A stretch of DNA of 50,067 nt, the filler included, from Obrimoposthia wandeli (taxonomy: Eukaryota): the NCBI GenBank assembly GCA_977020255.1. It is 4 parts of 4 records of this genome, joined end to end, with 100 filler letters (N's around TTAATTAATTAA, not from the genome) between each part and the next. Parts side by side here need not be neighbours in the genome. Positions count along the whole stretch, not along the records: positions 1 to 27,342 come from CDROCS010002597.1; 3 more parts are not named here. One strand, written 5' to 3'. The notes beneath the pieces are model-generated. The model saw nothing but the letters and a program-made list of their open reading frames with translations, ran no database searches and was not told the DNA's origin. Positions 11,164-24,866 of this stretch are shown one piece after another. The first letter of the stretch is position 1. Each line of letters begins with the position of its first letter. The translations under genes and the position numbers were made by a program.

Positions 11164-14100
11164 AAACTGTATTTGTTCGTTTTATCCATTTTATTGCATA
11201 TGATCATTTCATGAAATGGTCATAATACTAGGGAAGCACACTACAGGCTTAAACATTATGGTACTAGTTACTCCATATGTCCAAGCTGCAAGACATGTTC
11301 AACAGATAGTTATGAAAATTTTTCTGAAATTTATAAGAAACATTTATATAATTTAAAAGGAAAAAAGTCTCATATGCCCGATTCAAAAAAAAAACACTTA
11401 AACGTAAACTAAAAACATATGCATCAATACCAATTAAGTATGTAAATCAGGTTGGTTTTGGTGTGAAGAGAGATTTAAATGATAGCCACATTATCATTAC
11501 ACATGATTTTGCTGATAATGATAAAGTGAGTAAGTTGTTTGTTCCGGATACTAATAGGAAAGAATTAAAGAATGCTGTTGAATTGATGTATAGTGCTAAC
11601 ATTCAGTATGGTGTTCTAGTTTTATTTACAAAGGATAATGGTGAAATGAAACAATGGAATATTTCAAATAAAGCTGTTTTGTATAATGATCACTGTTTGA
11701 ATGAAATATCATAGAAACTGGATGAGAAAATAGCAAATTATAGTGAGATGAGTAGTGGGTAGCGTATTTTACAAATAAAATTTACTCTAACAAAATATAG
11801 TAATGTGATGTATATGAGTGGTAGCAGCTATATCCGAACATTTCAAGGATTATATCAATCAAATCAGTTATAAATGTACAAAATTATGACGCGTTATGCA
11901 TTTTATATATCCCTATAATTATAATCCCTATATATATATATATAATTATAAACAGCGAAGCGATAAAGGTGCTTAGTTATTTTGCGTGTAACAATTGGAA
12001 TATCATTCGTTAAATTATCATAACTGAATTGAATAGTTCTGTTTAATTTATCGTAATTAAGTTTATTAAATTTGGGGTTGTAACCTTTAAAATTCGCGTG
12101 TCATATTTGAATTTCGTGTACCTTTAGATTCAAATATTGAATTAATAAGTATAACAGGATATTGCCTAAGAAGTTCTGTGTAGAAAGGTAACATTAGTAG
12201 AGGGTCATCTCACTTTCCAGAGTGTTGGAAGTAATATAGTTATTTTTAGACGTTCTGACTCGTATAATTGTTTGACATTTTTAGTTGCATTTCGTAAATA
12301 AATTGTTTCCTAAAATCCGATCTATAAGTCACCAATCCCTATAATTTAAAATATGATGTTTCACAAAGGCTGATGAAACTTGTAAAGATTCCTACATTTG
12401 AAAAACAAAATAGCATTTCAATCAATATATTTATATATGAATAGGATGGGGAATTTAATATTAATAATAATCAGGATATATTTAAACATCCATTTGTTGA
12501 TGGGGTTGACATGTCTCACAATACTAATTATGAGCATTTACATTTATTGTTGTTAGAAAATTATAATAATTTCGTTATTTAGCAGTAACAGATTTAGATC
12601 AGCTTTTAAACCATCATAATAGCGGTAAATGGTGTCATAAATGCCTTCATGGTTCCAGGTTACAAACTGCATATGAAACACACATTAAATTATGCGCATT
12701 AATTAAACATGGAGAATCACTCTACAAAATGCCGGAAAGGGATTTTGCAGAGTTTGAAGATTTGTCTAAAACTATATTTGCAAAGGTTATTGTATATGCA
12801 TATTTTGAATCTTTACTGGAACCCCATGGTGTATACAAACAGATTCATCTGCCTGCAGCAGCAGGTATGTTTTTTACAATACCAACCGTAGATTCATACT
12901 ATTCATATGTAGGTATTGAATGTATCGTAGAGCTTTTGCAAAAATTACAAGATTTATTACAGTATATTGGGAAACCTTGGTATGATGCAAATGCATGTAG
13001 AGTTTTGAGAATGATGCAGTGATTGGATAAAATATAAAACTACCAAAATATATTACCTCTATAACAAGTTAAAAGATAATCTTGTTCGAGATAATGACCA
13101 TATGACTGGTGAATATCTTGGAGCAGTGTGCAATAAATGCAATATATCTCGAAGATTAAGCAAAATTCCGTCTTTACCAGTATTATTTCATAATTTGATA
13201 GGATATGAGATACATCATATTATGAAGTATGCCATATCGAAATTTCAAAAATGAAATATGACATGTGTGCAATTATCTACAGAGAAAATTATGGCTTTCA
13301 TAGTGAGAACACAATTTTATATTTTACGTTTTATGATTGATAGTTTAGCTTACTTAGTTGGTTATAAGTCTAAGTTGCCTTTAACGAGTAATGAATTTCC
13401 TAATATAAACATAAAATCACAAGGGGTGTTTCCATATAGCTATGCTACATCTCAAGAAGAATTAAATGGAGTGTTGCCTCATGTGACTGATTTAGATACG
13501 CATGTATTTGATGAATTAAACTGTATAAATTTGCGTGATTAAATACTTGTATATTTTAAGTTGAGTGTGTATTTATTAGCAAATGTTTTTGAGGCATTTA
13601 GAAAAACAAAGAATTAGATGAGGATAGTTTAGATCCTGTTCATTTCTTCTCTACTCCAGGATTATCTTGGGCTAGTACATTGAAAACAGTAGATTATAAA
13701 GTATCATTGTTGAAAGATCCTGAAATGTACAGATTTTTCGAAAGTGGTATACGTGGTGGTATACCTTTGTAAATAAGCATAACGTAGAATCTACTAAATA
13801 TGTAGAATTATTGTATATATATAATATTGTATATATATATAATATATATATATGATAAAAATGTGGAAAGAGCCCATATATACAAATTATTTATATATAT
13901 ATATAAATAATTTGTATATATGGGCTCTTTCCACATTTTTATCATATTGTTGGGGTTTCTATACGAGACTTGTATAGATCCTCTTGTGTGCGGAGGGTCC
14001 CAACGTGAGTTGGAATAGAAGCAGGTCTTAAAGTTGGTCGTGGCCTACTTAGTGTTATGGTTGCCTATCTCTATTGCTTATCTGAAGGTGTTTGGTTTGA

Positions 14101-14334
14101 CGTCTCTTAATCTGAAGGGTTTAAAACAACGTGTTCTAATGTAGGAAATCGTTTATTGGTAACACACTAAACTAAAACACAACAATACGTTTACGTACGT
14201 ACTTTCTAAAAGTATGGTAAAATTCCTAAGACTTCTGTAAGTCTCTACAAGTGGGGATGAACCACGTATCGATTTTACTTTCGGGGTGATCGAGTTTTTA
14301 GAGTTGTTCCTCTGACTCGAGAATACGCTCACGT

Positions 14335-15110
14335 TATTTTTTCACAAAACAATTTATAAGATACGATATTTTAAAAGTCTCTTCTTTTCACAAACAATTT
14401 ATAAAGTACGATATTTTAAAAGTCTCTTCTTTTCACAAAACAATTTATAAGGGACAATATTTTAAAAGTCTCTTCTTTTCACAAAACAATTTATAAGGGA
14501 CAATATTTTAAAAGTCTCTTCTTTTCACAAAACAATTTATAAGGGACAATATTGCAAAAATCTCTTCTTTTCACAAAACAATTTATAAGAGACAATATTT
14601 TAAAAATCTCTTCTTTTCACAAAACACTTTATAAGAGACAATATTTTAAAAATCTCTTCTTTTCACAAAACACTTTATAAGAGACAATATTTTAAAAATC
14701 TCTTCTTTTCACAAAACACTTTATAAGAGACAATATTTTAAAAATCTCTTCTTTTCACAAAACACTTTATAAGAGACAATATTTTAAAAGTCTCTTCTTT
14801 TCACAAAACACTTTATAAGGGACAATATTCCAAAAATCTCCTCTTTTCGCAAAACAATTTATAAGGGACAATATTCCAAAAATCTCTTCTTTTCACAAAA
14901 CACTTTATAAGAGACAATATTCCAAAAATCTCCTCTCTTCACAAAACAATTTATAAGGGAAATTATTTCAAAAGCCTCCTCTCTTCACAAAACAATCTAT
15001 GAGGGACAATATTTTAAAAGTCTCTCTTTTTCACAAAACAATTTATAAGGGAAATTATTTTAAAAGTCTCCTCTCTTCACAAAACAACCTATAAGACACG
15101 ATATTTTAAA
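14335..15110. repeat. 46-bp tandem array (~17 copies) inside LTR
   Basis: Unit CACAAAACAATTTATAAGGGACAATATTTTAAAAGTCTCTTCTTTT; starts at 14434, 14480 and 14526. Confidence 0.92.
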
Positions 15111-15244
15111 ATTCTCGTCTCACCGATTTAATTTGGTTCCGAAATCCAATCCGTGAGACCGTCAGAGAGATGCTCGCTTGTGGTCTCGTTGAGAGTCGGC
15201 TAGCAGTGTCGATCTGCCGCTGTCTTTTCCCGAAGCACATTCAG

Positions 15245-15485
15245 TTACTTCTCCAAATAGCACAGTAAATTGACTTCTGTTGTCGTTTTTCCAAATGGCA
15301 CAGTAAACTGATTTCTGTTGTCGTTTTTCCAATGGCACAGTAAATTGATTTCTGTTGTCGTTTTTCCAATGGCACAGTAAATTGATTTCTGTTGTCGTTT
15401 TTCCAATGGCACAGTAAATTGATTTCTGTTGTCGTTTTTCCAATGGCACAGTAAATTGATTTCTGTTGTCGCTTTTCCAATGTCG
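15245..15485. repeat. 37-bp tandem array (~6 copies) inside LTR
   Basis: Unit TTTTCCAATGGCACAGTAAATTGATTTCTGTTGTCGT; it explains the spurious repetitive ORFs 15162-15515 and 15241-15480. Confidence 0.9.
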
Positions 15486-17354
15486 ACTCAGGACTCTACC
15501 AAATGCCGTAATCAATCTTGGTTAAATTAGGAGTACTCACCTCTGTGTGTGTATCCTGTTGTTTCCGAGCGACTTATATAGTCGCCGACAGCTGAATTAG
15601 GTTGCTGTCAATCAGCAACAATTTCCCGAGAACGGTAGCTGCTAAATTTCAATTAATTCAATTGCACGGAAAATGTGCTTACTTTTTCTTGCTGTCAATC
15701 TTCTTATTTTCTGCTGACGTTGGTACTTCTTAATTTGCTGACGTTGGTATTTTCGCTTTTCACTTGCTTCTTAGTTTTTGCTTGCTAGTTTTGCCTTGCT
15801 TATTTTTGCACTTTTAGTTAATTAATTTTAACCTTATATACAACACACTATACACGACCTTCGTGGTCCTCTTAATATTTATTCCTAATTTAGTCCTAAT
15901 AATTTAACTCGATTTTAAAATTAATATTTTATTTAATTTTCAACCTTGCTTTCAAGGATTTTCATTTTAGTATAAATTCAACTAATTATTTTAATCTTTT
16001 AATTCCTAATTCCTAAACCTAACAATATTCTAACTTTAAATGGATTGATGATGAGTATGAACTGCTTTGTTTGCTGTTTGAATTGGATGAAGAGGATGAT
16101 GAAAGTGATGAATATGGATATGTATTGGAAAGTTAATATGGATATACCGGTAAATATTCATGATAAATTGGATGATTTACCTGTAGCTCCAATCAGCAGA
16201 TTCCTCCAAATAGTAAAGTGGAAAAATTACTCCTTACCCATGAACAAATAGGAATTATATTATTCATTTGAGACTTCTCACGTTTTATGTTTCTCTAGGT
16301 GTTGTAGTTATAAACATACATCGTGCTATTCAATTGAAACAAGCTAGAGTTTTTAAATAATATATAGATTTTAACACAAATTAACGCTCTTCAACGAAAT
16401 GTAAATTTGAGATTTTTTTTTATAAGGTTAAGAATTGTAGCCTGTTTGGAAAAATAATTGAAAATCTGAGAAAGCGACTTAATGTTAGAATTTGTAATTC
16501 ATCAAAAAAATTAACATGTTTAAGTTCAAAGTCAACATTTAAAAGATCTTGTGTTGTTGCAGATGATTTGGTTGTGGTTTTGATGAATAAAGAAATATAT
16601 AGACCGATCTATATTGGGTAGACAATTCTAGATTTAGCAAAGCTACGTATGTACCAATTACAATAGACATAATTAGAACGGTATCGTCAAATGTTTAATT
16701 GTAAAATAAACATAGCAGCTGGTGATACTGATTCATTTTTCTTAAAATGTAAAGGTTTAAGTTTAAGTAAATGGTTGCTGTCTCAGATGATTTCAGATGG
16801 TATTTTGGATACATCAAATCTCAACAAAAAAATATTCAGAGAACCATCAACTTTTCAGTGATACATTGAATGGCGTTGTTGGAAAATTTAAAGATAAGTT
16901 GAAAGGGAAAGTTGAATAAAGAAATGATATTTTTATAACCTTACTTGTATTGTCTTAAATTTAATGAGAATACAGAAAATCATAAAGCTAATAAAGAATA
17001 AAACGAATAAAACGAAATACCATAATTCCTCATTCTGCTTATATGCATACTTGGCGTACTGAATCTATTTTAAAGGTTAACCAAGAAACTATTAGAAATT
17101 TAAATGATCAATTATTTACTGTATTAAGTAATAAAGTAGCATTAAGTAGTTGATATAGGTTTAAACGAATCAAAAGCATATGATCACTATTTTCTTATGT
17201 AATGTATTTATACTCTATTTTACTTGCGATGAATGCAATAAATTGTATATTCTTATGTGTAATTTTAGAGGTATATTTAATAGTTGTCATTAATACAAAG
17301 TTTTTACATTGATATTATTCTTCAAATAAATATGTTTTCCGACTAATCATGATT

Positions 17355-17905
17355 TAATCAGTATTATTATTATTAATTAAAAAAAAAAATTATTATTATT
17401 GAAAGGAATATGTTTTGCTACTACTTATGATTTAACCATTATCATTATTAATACAAAGTTTTACATTATTATATAAATAAGTATGTTTCCTAGTAATTAT
17501 TATTTAACCAAATTAATACAGAAAAGATTAAATCAATAAATACTGAAAAATATATTTAAATAATCTACGTATTTATAATTTCTTCTATATAATCAGCATC
17601 TAGGTCGTCAACTTTAAGTTTCAGTAGTTAATCAGTATTTAATCAGTATTATTATTATTAATTTAAAAATTTTAATTATTATTATTGAAAGAAATATGTT
17701 TTCCTGCTAATTATGATTTAACCATTATCAATATTAATACAAAGTTTTACATTATTATTTAAAGAAGTATGTTTCCTAGTAATTATGATTTAACCAAAAT
17801 AATACAGAAAATAATAAATACTGAAAAATATATTTAAATAATCTTTGCATCAATAATTTTTTTCTATATAATCAGCATCTAGATCGTCAACTTTGAGTTT
17901 CTATA
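17355..17905. repeat. Imperfect tandem duplication (~285 bp x2)
   Basis: The block from TTAATCAGTATTATTATTATTAATT to GTCAACTTT(A/G)AGTTTC appears twice. Confidence 0.7.
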
Positions 17906-18049
17906 GTTGTTGTTTGTCTGGTCTTCCATAAGTACGGACGAACCATGGGATGTAGTAATCGTAATTTCTCAATAAATGTTTAATATATATTATATTTAAA
18001 ATAATTTACCAATTCAAATTTAATAAATCATTTGAAAAACTGTTGGAGT

Positions 18050-18620
18050 TTGATGTTTCACTTCTCTCCATAAATGCTTTCTGATGAGCAGATAGTGGAC
18101 CATATTCACTATCTAACTCGAGTAAAAGACTATTATACAATATTGGTGAATTATCATCTTCAACTTCTAATGCTTTCTTGACTCGATGATTCCAATCAAG
18201 AGATGTTTCAATCCTTTTGTATGTGTTAACACTTTCTTCTTCTAAATATTTGAAGTTGCATTTTGATATTTTATCAATAATTTCTTCTTCCAGAGACCCG
18301 GTTTTTGTTCAAGTGTCCAGAACCCTTAATCCTCGAGTATGTTAAACTCGCTGTAGAGTTGATTGAGAATTGCTCTTCGGAATTGATTTGTGGGTTTGAT
18401 ATTTTCTTCTTCTTCGGTATCTGATATGATAATTGTTTCCATACTGGATATTTGTGTATCATAAATGATATGTCGTGCATCTTCATTCTGGCAGATATCA
18501 TCAAACATTTGAATGACTTCTTGATCGGTCATTCCATCCGATAGTTGGAAGTCTAACTTGTTTAAATTCTCTTGAGTTATTTCAAATACATTAAATGAAA
18601 TGAATGAAAAAATGTGTGGC
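18050..18620 (-). pseudogene. Hypothetical Polinton ORF convergent with pPolB, near the right end of copy B
   Basis: Overlapping frameshifted ORFs 18274-18504 and 18326-18532 (acidic tract, KGSGHLNKNR); no family recognised. Confidence 0.35.
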
Positions 18621-18794
18621 TTAAATAGTTTAAATTTTAAGTAATGAAATCTGGTTTACACAAACTTTGACTATGATGACTTTTTAGAGGAAATGGGGTG
18701 TAGTCCCAATGTTTGATAAAACTTGGATAACCTTAAAATAGAGCGTAATAAACTTTGTACATGTTGACTGATACGGACTTTCATAGATGACTCT

Positions 18795-18844
18795 TCAGGG
18801 TGGGGGGTAGACCCCATGTACCGGACCTGACACATCTATCTACT
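18795..18844. mobile_element. Polinton right terminus of copy B (...GACACATCTATCTACT)
   Basis: Ends in CTACT; shares GGTAGACCCC and CCGGAC..ACACATC motifs with the termini at 27740 and 30702. Confidence 0.7.
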
Positions 18845-19770
18845 GGACTAAACTAAAAGGGGATCGTGACAGGTCTATCCTAGTCAAAGGATAGTTTATT
18901 TAAACAAAAATAACTTTAAATCGATTACACGTATGTTCTATGCTGTTGGAACTCTTGTTGTCACTACCATCATTAGTTCTTGTTGTCTTTATTGTGTACA
19001 TTATCTCTTACCCCTCTTCTGAGTAATCTCTGAGCTAGATTTCGTAAAAATCCTCTCCAAAATAACACTGTGTTAAACAATTGTGATGATTCTTCTATCC
19101 CTTATCTCTTATATTCTTGTGATGACTCGTTGTCAATTGTTCGTTGAAATTATGATTTTTCTGTAAGCATCGCGGATATGCATTATACTCTATCCTTCTC
19201 TTAATTGATTGCAGTCGGTTCTACATTTATATAATTCCACACAAAATTTTATTTGCTGCATATACTTCTACGAGTGATTCTTAAATCTCTGCGAATTTTC
19301 CACAAACCGACACTAGAATTCTTGTCTACTTAGGGTTTTTAATTTTACTCCATTTAAATGTATTTAATTTAGTTAGTTCCTAATATGTCTTTAGCCATGA
19401 CTTAATTTCTTTAAATCTTTATAGTTTAATATTCCAACTTATCAAATAAACCCCTTTAAAATATTTTAAACAAAGCTGCCGAAATTAAACTCAAATTAAA
19501 GAAAAGTGCTAGTACAAGTGAACATTTAATGAAGCTTTATTGACAGCTGATCAGTGATAGAATTGATTTAAGTATCTTTCATATGATCAAAAATGTATTC
19601 TCTCACAAAAGTTCAAATTTTCATAGGATCTTTTCGAGCCTGGTACAGTGGGAATGTATATGCATCTTAGGAGCAACGACGATGACTGCTGTTCGATTAC
19701 GAAATTCTCAAATAAACTGAGTGATGGAATATTTTATGCTCCAAATCTTTACAACAATAATTTTGTACTT

Positions 19771-20110
19771 GAATATTAGATAAAATTAGTTTACAACAAT
19801 GATTACTTAAATTATTATAAATAAACTGTTTGGGTTTGTTACATATTGCTTAAAAGCCCTGAAGTAATAAGAAAATAAATTATATTTCAGTTTGTTTCTT
19901 TAATGAACTGAAATTAACTATTTTAATGACTTTAATGAATTTTAATGAATATTAGATAAAATTAGTTTACAACAATGATTACTTAAATTATTATAAATAA
20001 ACTGTTTGGGTTTGTTACATATTGCTTAAAAGCCCTGAAGTAATAAGAAAATAAATTATATTTCAGTTTGTTTCTTTAATGAACTGAAATTAACTATTTT
20101 AATGACTTTG
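19771..20110. repeat. Direct tandem duplication, period ~176 bp, 2 copies
   Basis: GAATATTAGATAAAATTAGTTTACAACAATG.. starts at 19771 and again near 19947; near-identical. Confidence 0.85.
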
Positions 20111-21564
20111 TAGAGTATTACAGTCTAGTTGTTTTTAATGATAGTCTGAAAATTAATGACTACAACTTACTGTTTCCAGATTATTTTTTATCACGTTAAA
20201 CAAGAACAAATTAAATCACTTTCATTTCTTTCCACAATATTAGTTCGTCGGATTAAAAAAATGATGTATTACCTCTTCATATTGCCGAACAATCAATTAA
20301 TCAATGTGCAAATTTTGTCGATTCTAACGATCGTATAAACAAATTTGCCCGTGACATTTTCTGACTTCTGACAGTTCATATTTTTCCATTCCCATTTCAG
20401 ACAATTCTGAAATTGTATTGACTACTGACTAATAACGAGGAGGCAGTAAGTTTTCACACACTACGTCTGATAATTTCCACAACAGTACATGACTGCGAAT
20501 TTATCATCCCATATGGTTGTCGAGCGATAACTTGATATCTTTCATACACACTAATCTAAAAATATAAATGAACAAAAATATAACCTATATATTTGAATTT
20601 AACTTTCTTTATATTTTTTTAACTACTAAAAACATGAGGTGAACTTTTATTTCTCAAACAAAAATAAAATTGACAATTGTAAACGCTAAGTAGAATAGGG
20701 TGTTTTACATCAATCAAAAAACTATTTGTATTACAATTATTGTCATAGTAGCAGATTTTTATCCATTTCAAAATCTATTTCTACACAATATATCAGTTTC
20801 TTTAATTATTGTCAATTCCTAACTATATCATTGTACATTTCAAAATCGATTCTTGGAAGATTAATTTATTAATAAATTATTAAATTATGCCGACCACCAT
20901 ACTATATAAAGCAAAACATTAATAATCATAAATCAACTTTGAAAGTGAAACATTCAAAGAAAACTATGGTCAATAATCCACTTTATCAATTAGACTAATT
21001 ATTTGTCTAACTCTGACTAATGAGCAAGACTTAGATCCAATCTTCTTCAACATTATATTGGAATTTATATTTCATAGTTAATAGTTAGTTAATTCGTTAG
21101 TTGAATGCTATTATAAATGTTATGTTTTCAATTAAGAATAAAATTATGATTTACAATTTTCTATCGATATATTTAATCATTTCAAAAATTCAGTAGTAAT
21201 TTTTTTTTAGAAGTTTGTATTTATTTCGAAGTTAAAATTTAGATACAATGGGAAATATACATGAAATGATTTGTTTTTTATAATCAGACAGTGATTGAAT
21301 GACGTACCGGTTTCAAGTGGCTAAGATGATAAGTAATTTACAATTTACATTGCTTTAGTTTAAGTAGATGTAATGATTTACAATTTATAGATAACTTTTA
21401 TTTCAAATGTCTTATATAAATGCATACAAAGGATTTATTGCAGTTTTATAAAAGTTAGTATTAATTGTGACATATTTTTTGAAAGGTTTCTATAAATTAG
21501 GATTGATTTTTGTTTTTGTACCGATACTTTGCTACTGTGAAATGTAAGAAACTGACACAGAGTG

Positions 21565-22227
21565 TTAAACGGTGCACTCGGAACTGTTGTAGTCGCCTAC
21601 GATGACACTGTTACCAGATTCGGCCAATTGAAGAGCCAAACCACCATTGGATACGTTTGACAGAGTTGGAGAAGACGATCGTTGGAGGAGTTTGGTTGGC
21701 TGAACCATACTGACAGAGCGTTGGGACATCTGGACGCGTACAGAGGGCTGGTTGGCTGTGGAGATGTGGACGTTGTGTGCTTCTGAAGATGATGGTGGGA
21801 GGTTGTAAAACGACGGTGGACAGTGGGGATCGGGTGTGGAGGATGAGTTTGTGGGCGATGAACTAGACGGAACAGAAGGAGGGGGTTTGTGGGAGTGCTG
21901 TTGCTTGTGTTGATGGGGATTGCTGTCTTTTCTGTTTGTAGTGTTGGTGCTCTGAAAGCCATTGAGGATGTCTACTGGGAGTGGGAAAATGATGGTGGAG
22001 TTCTTCTCGGCACTGATGCTGTTGAGGGTTTGCAAATAGCGTAGCTGCAGTGCCATGGGGCAACGAGATAGCTCTTCTGCGGCCAGACGGAGTGCACGTG
22101 AAGCTCTGTGTTCTCCCTCGGCGGCGATCACCTTTGCTCTGGCTTCTCTAGCCGCTTCTGCCTCAGCTGCCATTGCTCTTTGCAGTTGCAGTGGCAAACG
22201 TACATCTTTAATTTCCACTCTTTCTAC
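21565..22227 (-). CDS. Terminal coding exon of a stomatin/band-7 (SPFH) family gene, MEC-2-like, with long Ser/Pro/His-rich tail
   Basis: Acceptor TTCTCTTCGTCCAG|GTA (AG at 22229-22228), then [65 protein letters not shown]; intact to TAA; GC-richer host-like codons. Confidence 0.93.
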   Translation of the reverse strand, partial: VERVEIKDVRLPLQLQRAMAAEAEAAREARAKVIAAEGEHRASRALRLAAEELSRCPMALQLRYLQTLNSISAEKNSTIIFPLPVDILNGFQSTNTTNRKDSNPHQHKQQHSHKPPPSVPSSSSPTNSSSTPDPHCPPSFYNLPPSSSEAHNVHISTANQPSVRVQMSQRSVSMVQPTKLLQRSSSPTLSNVSNGGLALQLAESGNSVIVGDYNSSECTV

Positions 22228-24866
22228 CTGGACGAAGAGAATAAAGTCAAATCCTTTCAGCAAGGGTCCACGATGCACTCCCATCCTTTAATAAAAGTAA
22301 AATGGACGAAGAGACAGTCTATGACTAAATTCAAATTTTACAATTACTGCTCAAAAGTATAAAGTAGCCCCTTTGTGGTTCTGCGACACAACAAAACACT
22401 ATCTCTTCACAGGGAGGAGTTAATTGTTCTGTCGTTGTGCTGCAGAGTTTTGACTTTTCAGGCGGGCTGTCATTGGTGTTTTATTTTGAAACTTTTAACT
22501 CATATGCATTTTTAGACTTGTACTTTTAGACATATTGGCATTTTTAGACTTTTAGACATTTCGGTAAGAACTCAGAGACTTTTAACCCAAATTTTGGGCA
22601 AAAAAATTGACTCAAAATTGAAATTCACATATACAATAAAATAAACAAATAAATTCAATTCAAATTTCAAATTATGTCAATACATTAATTAAATTATATT
22701 TTCATGTCTTAGAAAACCTGTTATCACAAATAGGCAGTCCTGTATTATTGGATCACCATCTCCATCTAACTTAGAATAAAATAGGAAATCATCAAAAATT
22801 TATTCGTATGTATCATGTATATAGGTAAGTTCATTATGAAATAGATAAAGATGTAAAAATATCTTCATGATGTTCAAATATATCCAAAAGTCGTTTTATA
22901 AATCATTCCAGTGCAATGTATAAATTGAAATACTTTTTCATATGTTTCCATATGTGTTTTTAATTCACAGAGCATATCTGTGTAACTATATTTAAGACTC
23001 ATTTTGAAAATAATGATGAAATCAGTTTTGAAATCGATATACTTTTGTTTATAAGTAGGAACTTTTAATAAAAATGTTTACAAAGAAAATAGTTGTATTT
23101 ATTTAGTAAATAGTTGCAAATACTTCAATAAAATTCTTCACTTACTTAGAAATATTTCAATAAATCATTTAAACATGGCATATTAGTATCTGTATGTATA
23201 AATACAAATAGTGTGTATATAAATTTATAAGAATAATTCTTAATTGTAAATAGAAATTTTAAATTAACTTGCATTAAGTTTACTTTTAATTCAATTTTTT
23301 TAAATTGCCTCTATAATTTGATGTAGCCATAATCCTATGCGAGTTAATCTGCATTACTGGATATGTATCATGGTACCTACTTAATATTTACGCTTTTGTT
23401 TTACGATAAAACTATATAATACTAAAATTTATTAAACTGAAACTGTACCTCCATCTGAGATATTTCAAATATGCCTCTGTTGACTAGTCGAATTTACATT
23501 GTGTCCTTATATTTGTACAAATATTCAAATGAGAATTAATCTATTATTCACATATACTTAAACTATATAGATGACAATAAAGTTAAATATTGATACTATC
23601 ATATACTTTTGAAACATATTTAATGATTTATATACCCTATTTATGATTTTATTTGAATTTTCGGGTTTCAAACTGATCCCAAACAGACAAGAATTGGAAA
23701 TATGTAATAAATTATCATTTCTGATACCTAATGATAAGGTTCTTGCTTCGGGTATGTTTTCATCTCGTTGTTGTATACGTCTATTCAAACTTAAAGTTTA
23801 TTTTTTCATATTACTTACTGCATTTGTCTAATGTAAATGAGATTTAATTAAAAAAACAGAGGCAAAAGCAAATAATTTATTGAGGTATTTGAAGATTTGT
23901 TACAATCCTCCATAAGTGGTAAACTTGACAATACTTTGGCATTTTGAAGCCAAGCATCTTCATAGTAACCACATACTGAACACCCTTTGGCCATGTATCC
24001 ATCTTCTTTTGGCATTATCGAATACGGTTTTGTGAATTTCTACTTGTATTTTTTCTAAATCACAATTTGGGAAAAGTGTATCCATAATAAGGTGATGCAT
24101 ACATCGAGCATTGCATGAGATTTGCTGAATGAAATAAATTCCAGATTCAGCGCTAAAGCATACATTATTAGTGAAATTGAAACTAACTGGAAACTTAAGG
24201 AAATTCTTTTTTAGTCTCGAATAATTTTTCTTTCATGAAACTGATACACTGGAAACACTGGAAACACTGGAAAAAGTAAGAAATTATTTAATTCCAAACA
24301 TAATGACACATGCATTGAAATTCAGCTTTGCATAAAGATTAATTCCTATTTTGATTCGACGAAACTGCTGTAGTTATTAATTTTATAGTGATCAATAATC
24401 ATGGCATAGGGATATTGATGTCTGCGGGACTCACATTGATAGTTATAAATTAGTACATAAAATTTTTAAAGAAAATATTTGAAAACAAAGACATTTCTGC
24501 CAAAAATGTATTTATATTGCAAATATTTGTCGTATTAGTATAGGTAGATACATAAATTAATATAAAGAAAATTAATCGATGCTTCCTATAATTAAATTGA
24601 AGTCATCAAGTGATTCTAATGATGTAAGTCCGATATGAGCAAAACATTTGAGTTACTCAGCTAAATATTATATGTTTACCAATTTATTTAAACTAAATAA
24701 AAAATATTAATTAAACTAATTATAGTGAAAACTTGAATTTGAAAATTTGTATTCGGAAGATCTTTTAAAGGTTCTCTTTTAGTAGTTATGATATTAGGAT
24801 TTATAAGGGATTGCGTAGTAAGATTTTAAGGTTTTCCTTCAAATTATTTATGTTTTGGTTCATATT

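Larger units (their letters stand above)
13948..16024 (-). mobile_element. Solo LTR (Gypsy-like family 'TGTTAGG...CAACA'), 2077 bp, inserted in pPolB
   Basis: TG..CA ends with imperfect inverted termini; 4-bp TSD ATAT (13944-13947 and 16025-16028); removal restores pPolB FLSYSNFKW; 13948-14330 is homologous to 36960-37347 (inverted). Confidence 0.88.
11200..17200 (+). pseudogene. polB: Protein-primed family B DNA polymerase (pPolB), copy B, interrupted by an insertion at 11921-12334 and a solo LTR at 13948-16024
   Basis: INVQN; KWCHKCLHG; YAYFES; RDNDHMTGEYLGAVCNKCN (EndoVII-like insert); FHNLIGYE; RFMIDS; QGVFPYSY; HFFSTPGLSW; FFESGIRGG; NNLY (motif A); KNCSLFGKIIEN (motif B); PIYIG..LDLAKLRMY; GDTDSFF (motif C); VGKFKD. 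Heavily decayed. Confidence 0.92.

Noticed and set aside
14335-15485. Regular short repeats resembling a CRISPR array (also 35305-36930 and 27443-27590)
   Set aside because: The units are head-to-tail with no unique spacers, there are no cas genes, and the context is eukaryotic; they are minisatellites.
15162-15515. Track ORFs with repeated peptides (also 35375-35590, 24906-25133 and 49270-50062)
   Set aside because: They are translations of tandem repeats, the G-run, the microsatellite or N runs.
18860-19520. Possible polypurine tract (AAAAGGGG) plus LTR start TGACAGG
   Set aside because: No second copy, TSD or clear CA end could be established.
21597-22362. Alternative-frame and antisense ORFs overlapping the stomatin exon
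   Set aside because: Expected shadows of a GC-rich coding exon; no independent motifs.
23880-24180. Coding-like minus-strand stretch (CMHHLIMDTLFPNCDLEK..); similar scraps at 19620-19760, 20340-20560, 22700-22930 and 30500-30690
   Set aside because: Interrupted by stops and no family motif recognised.
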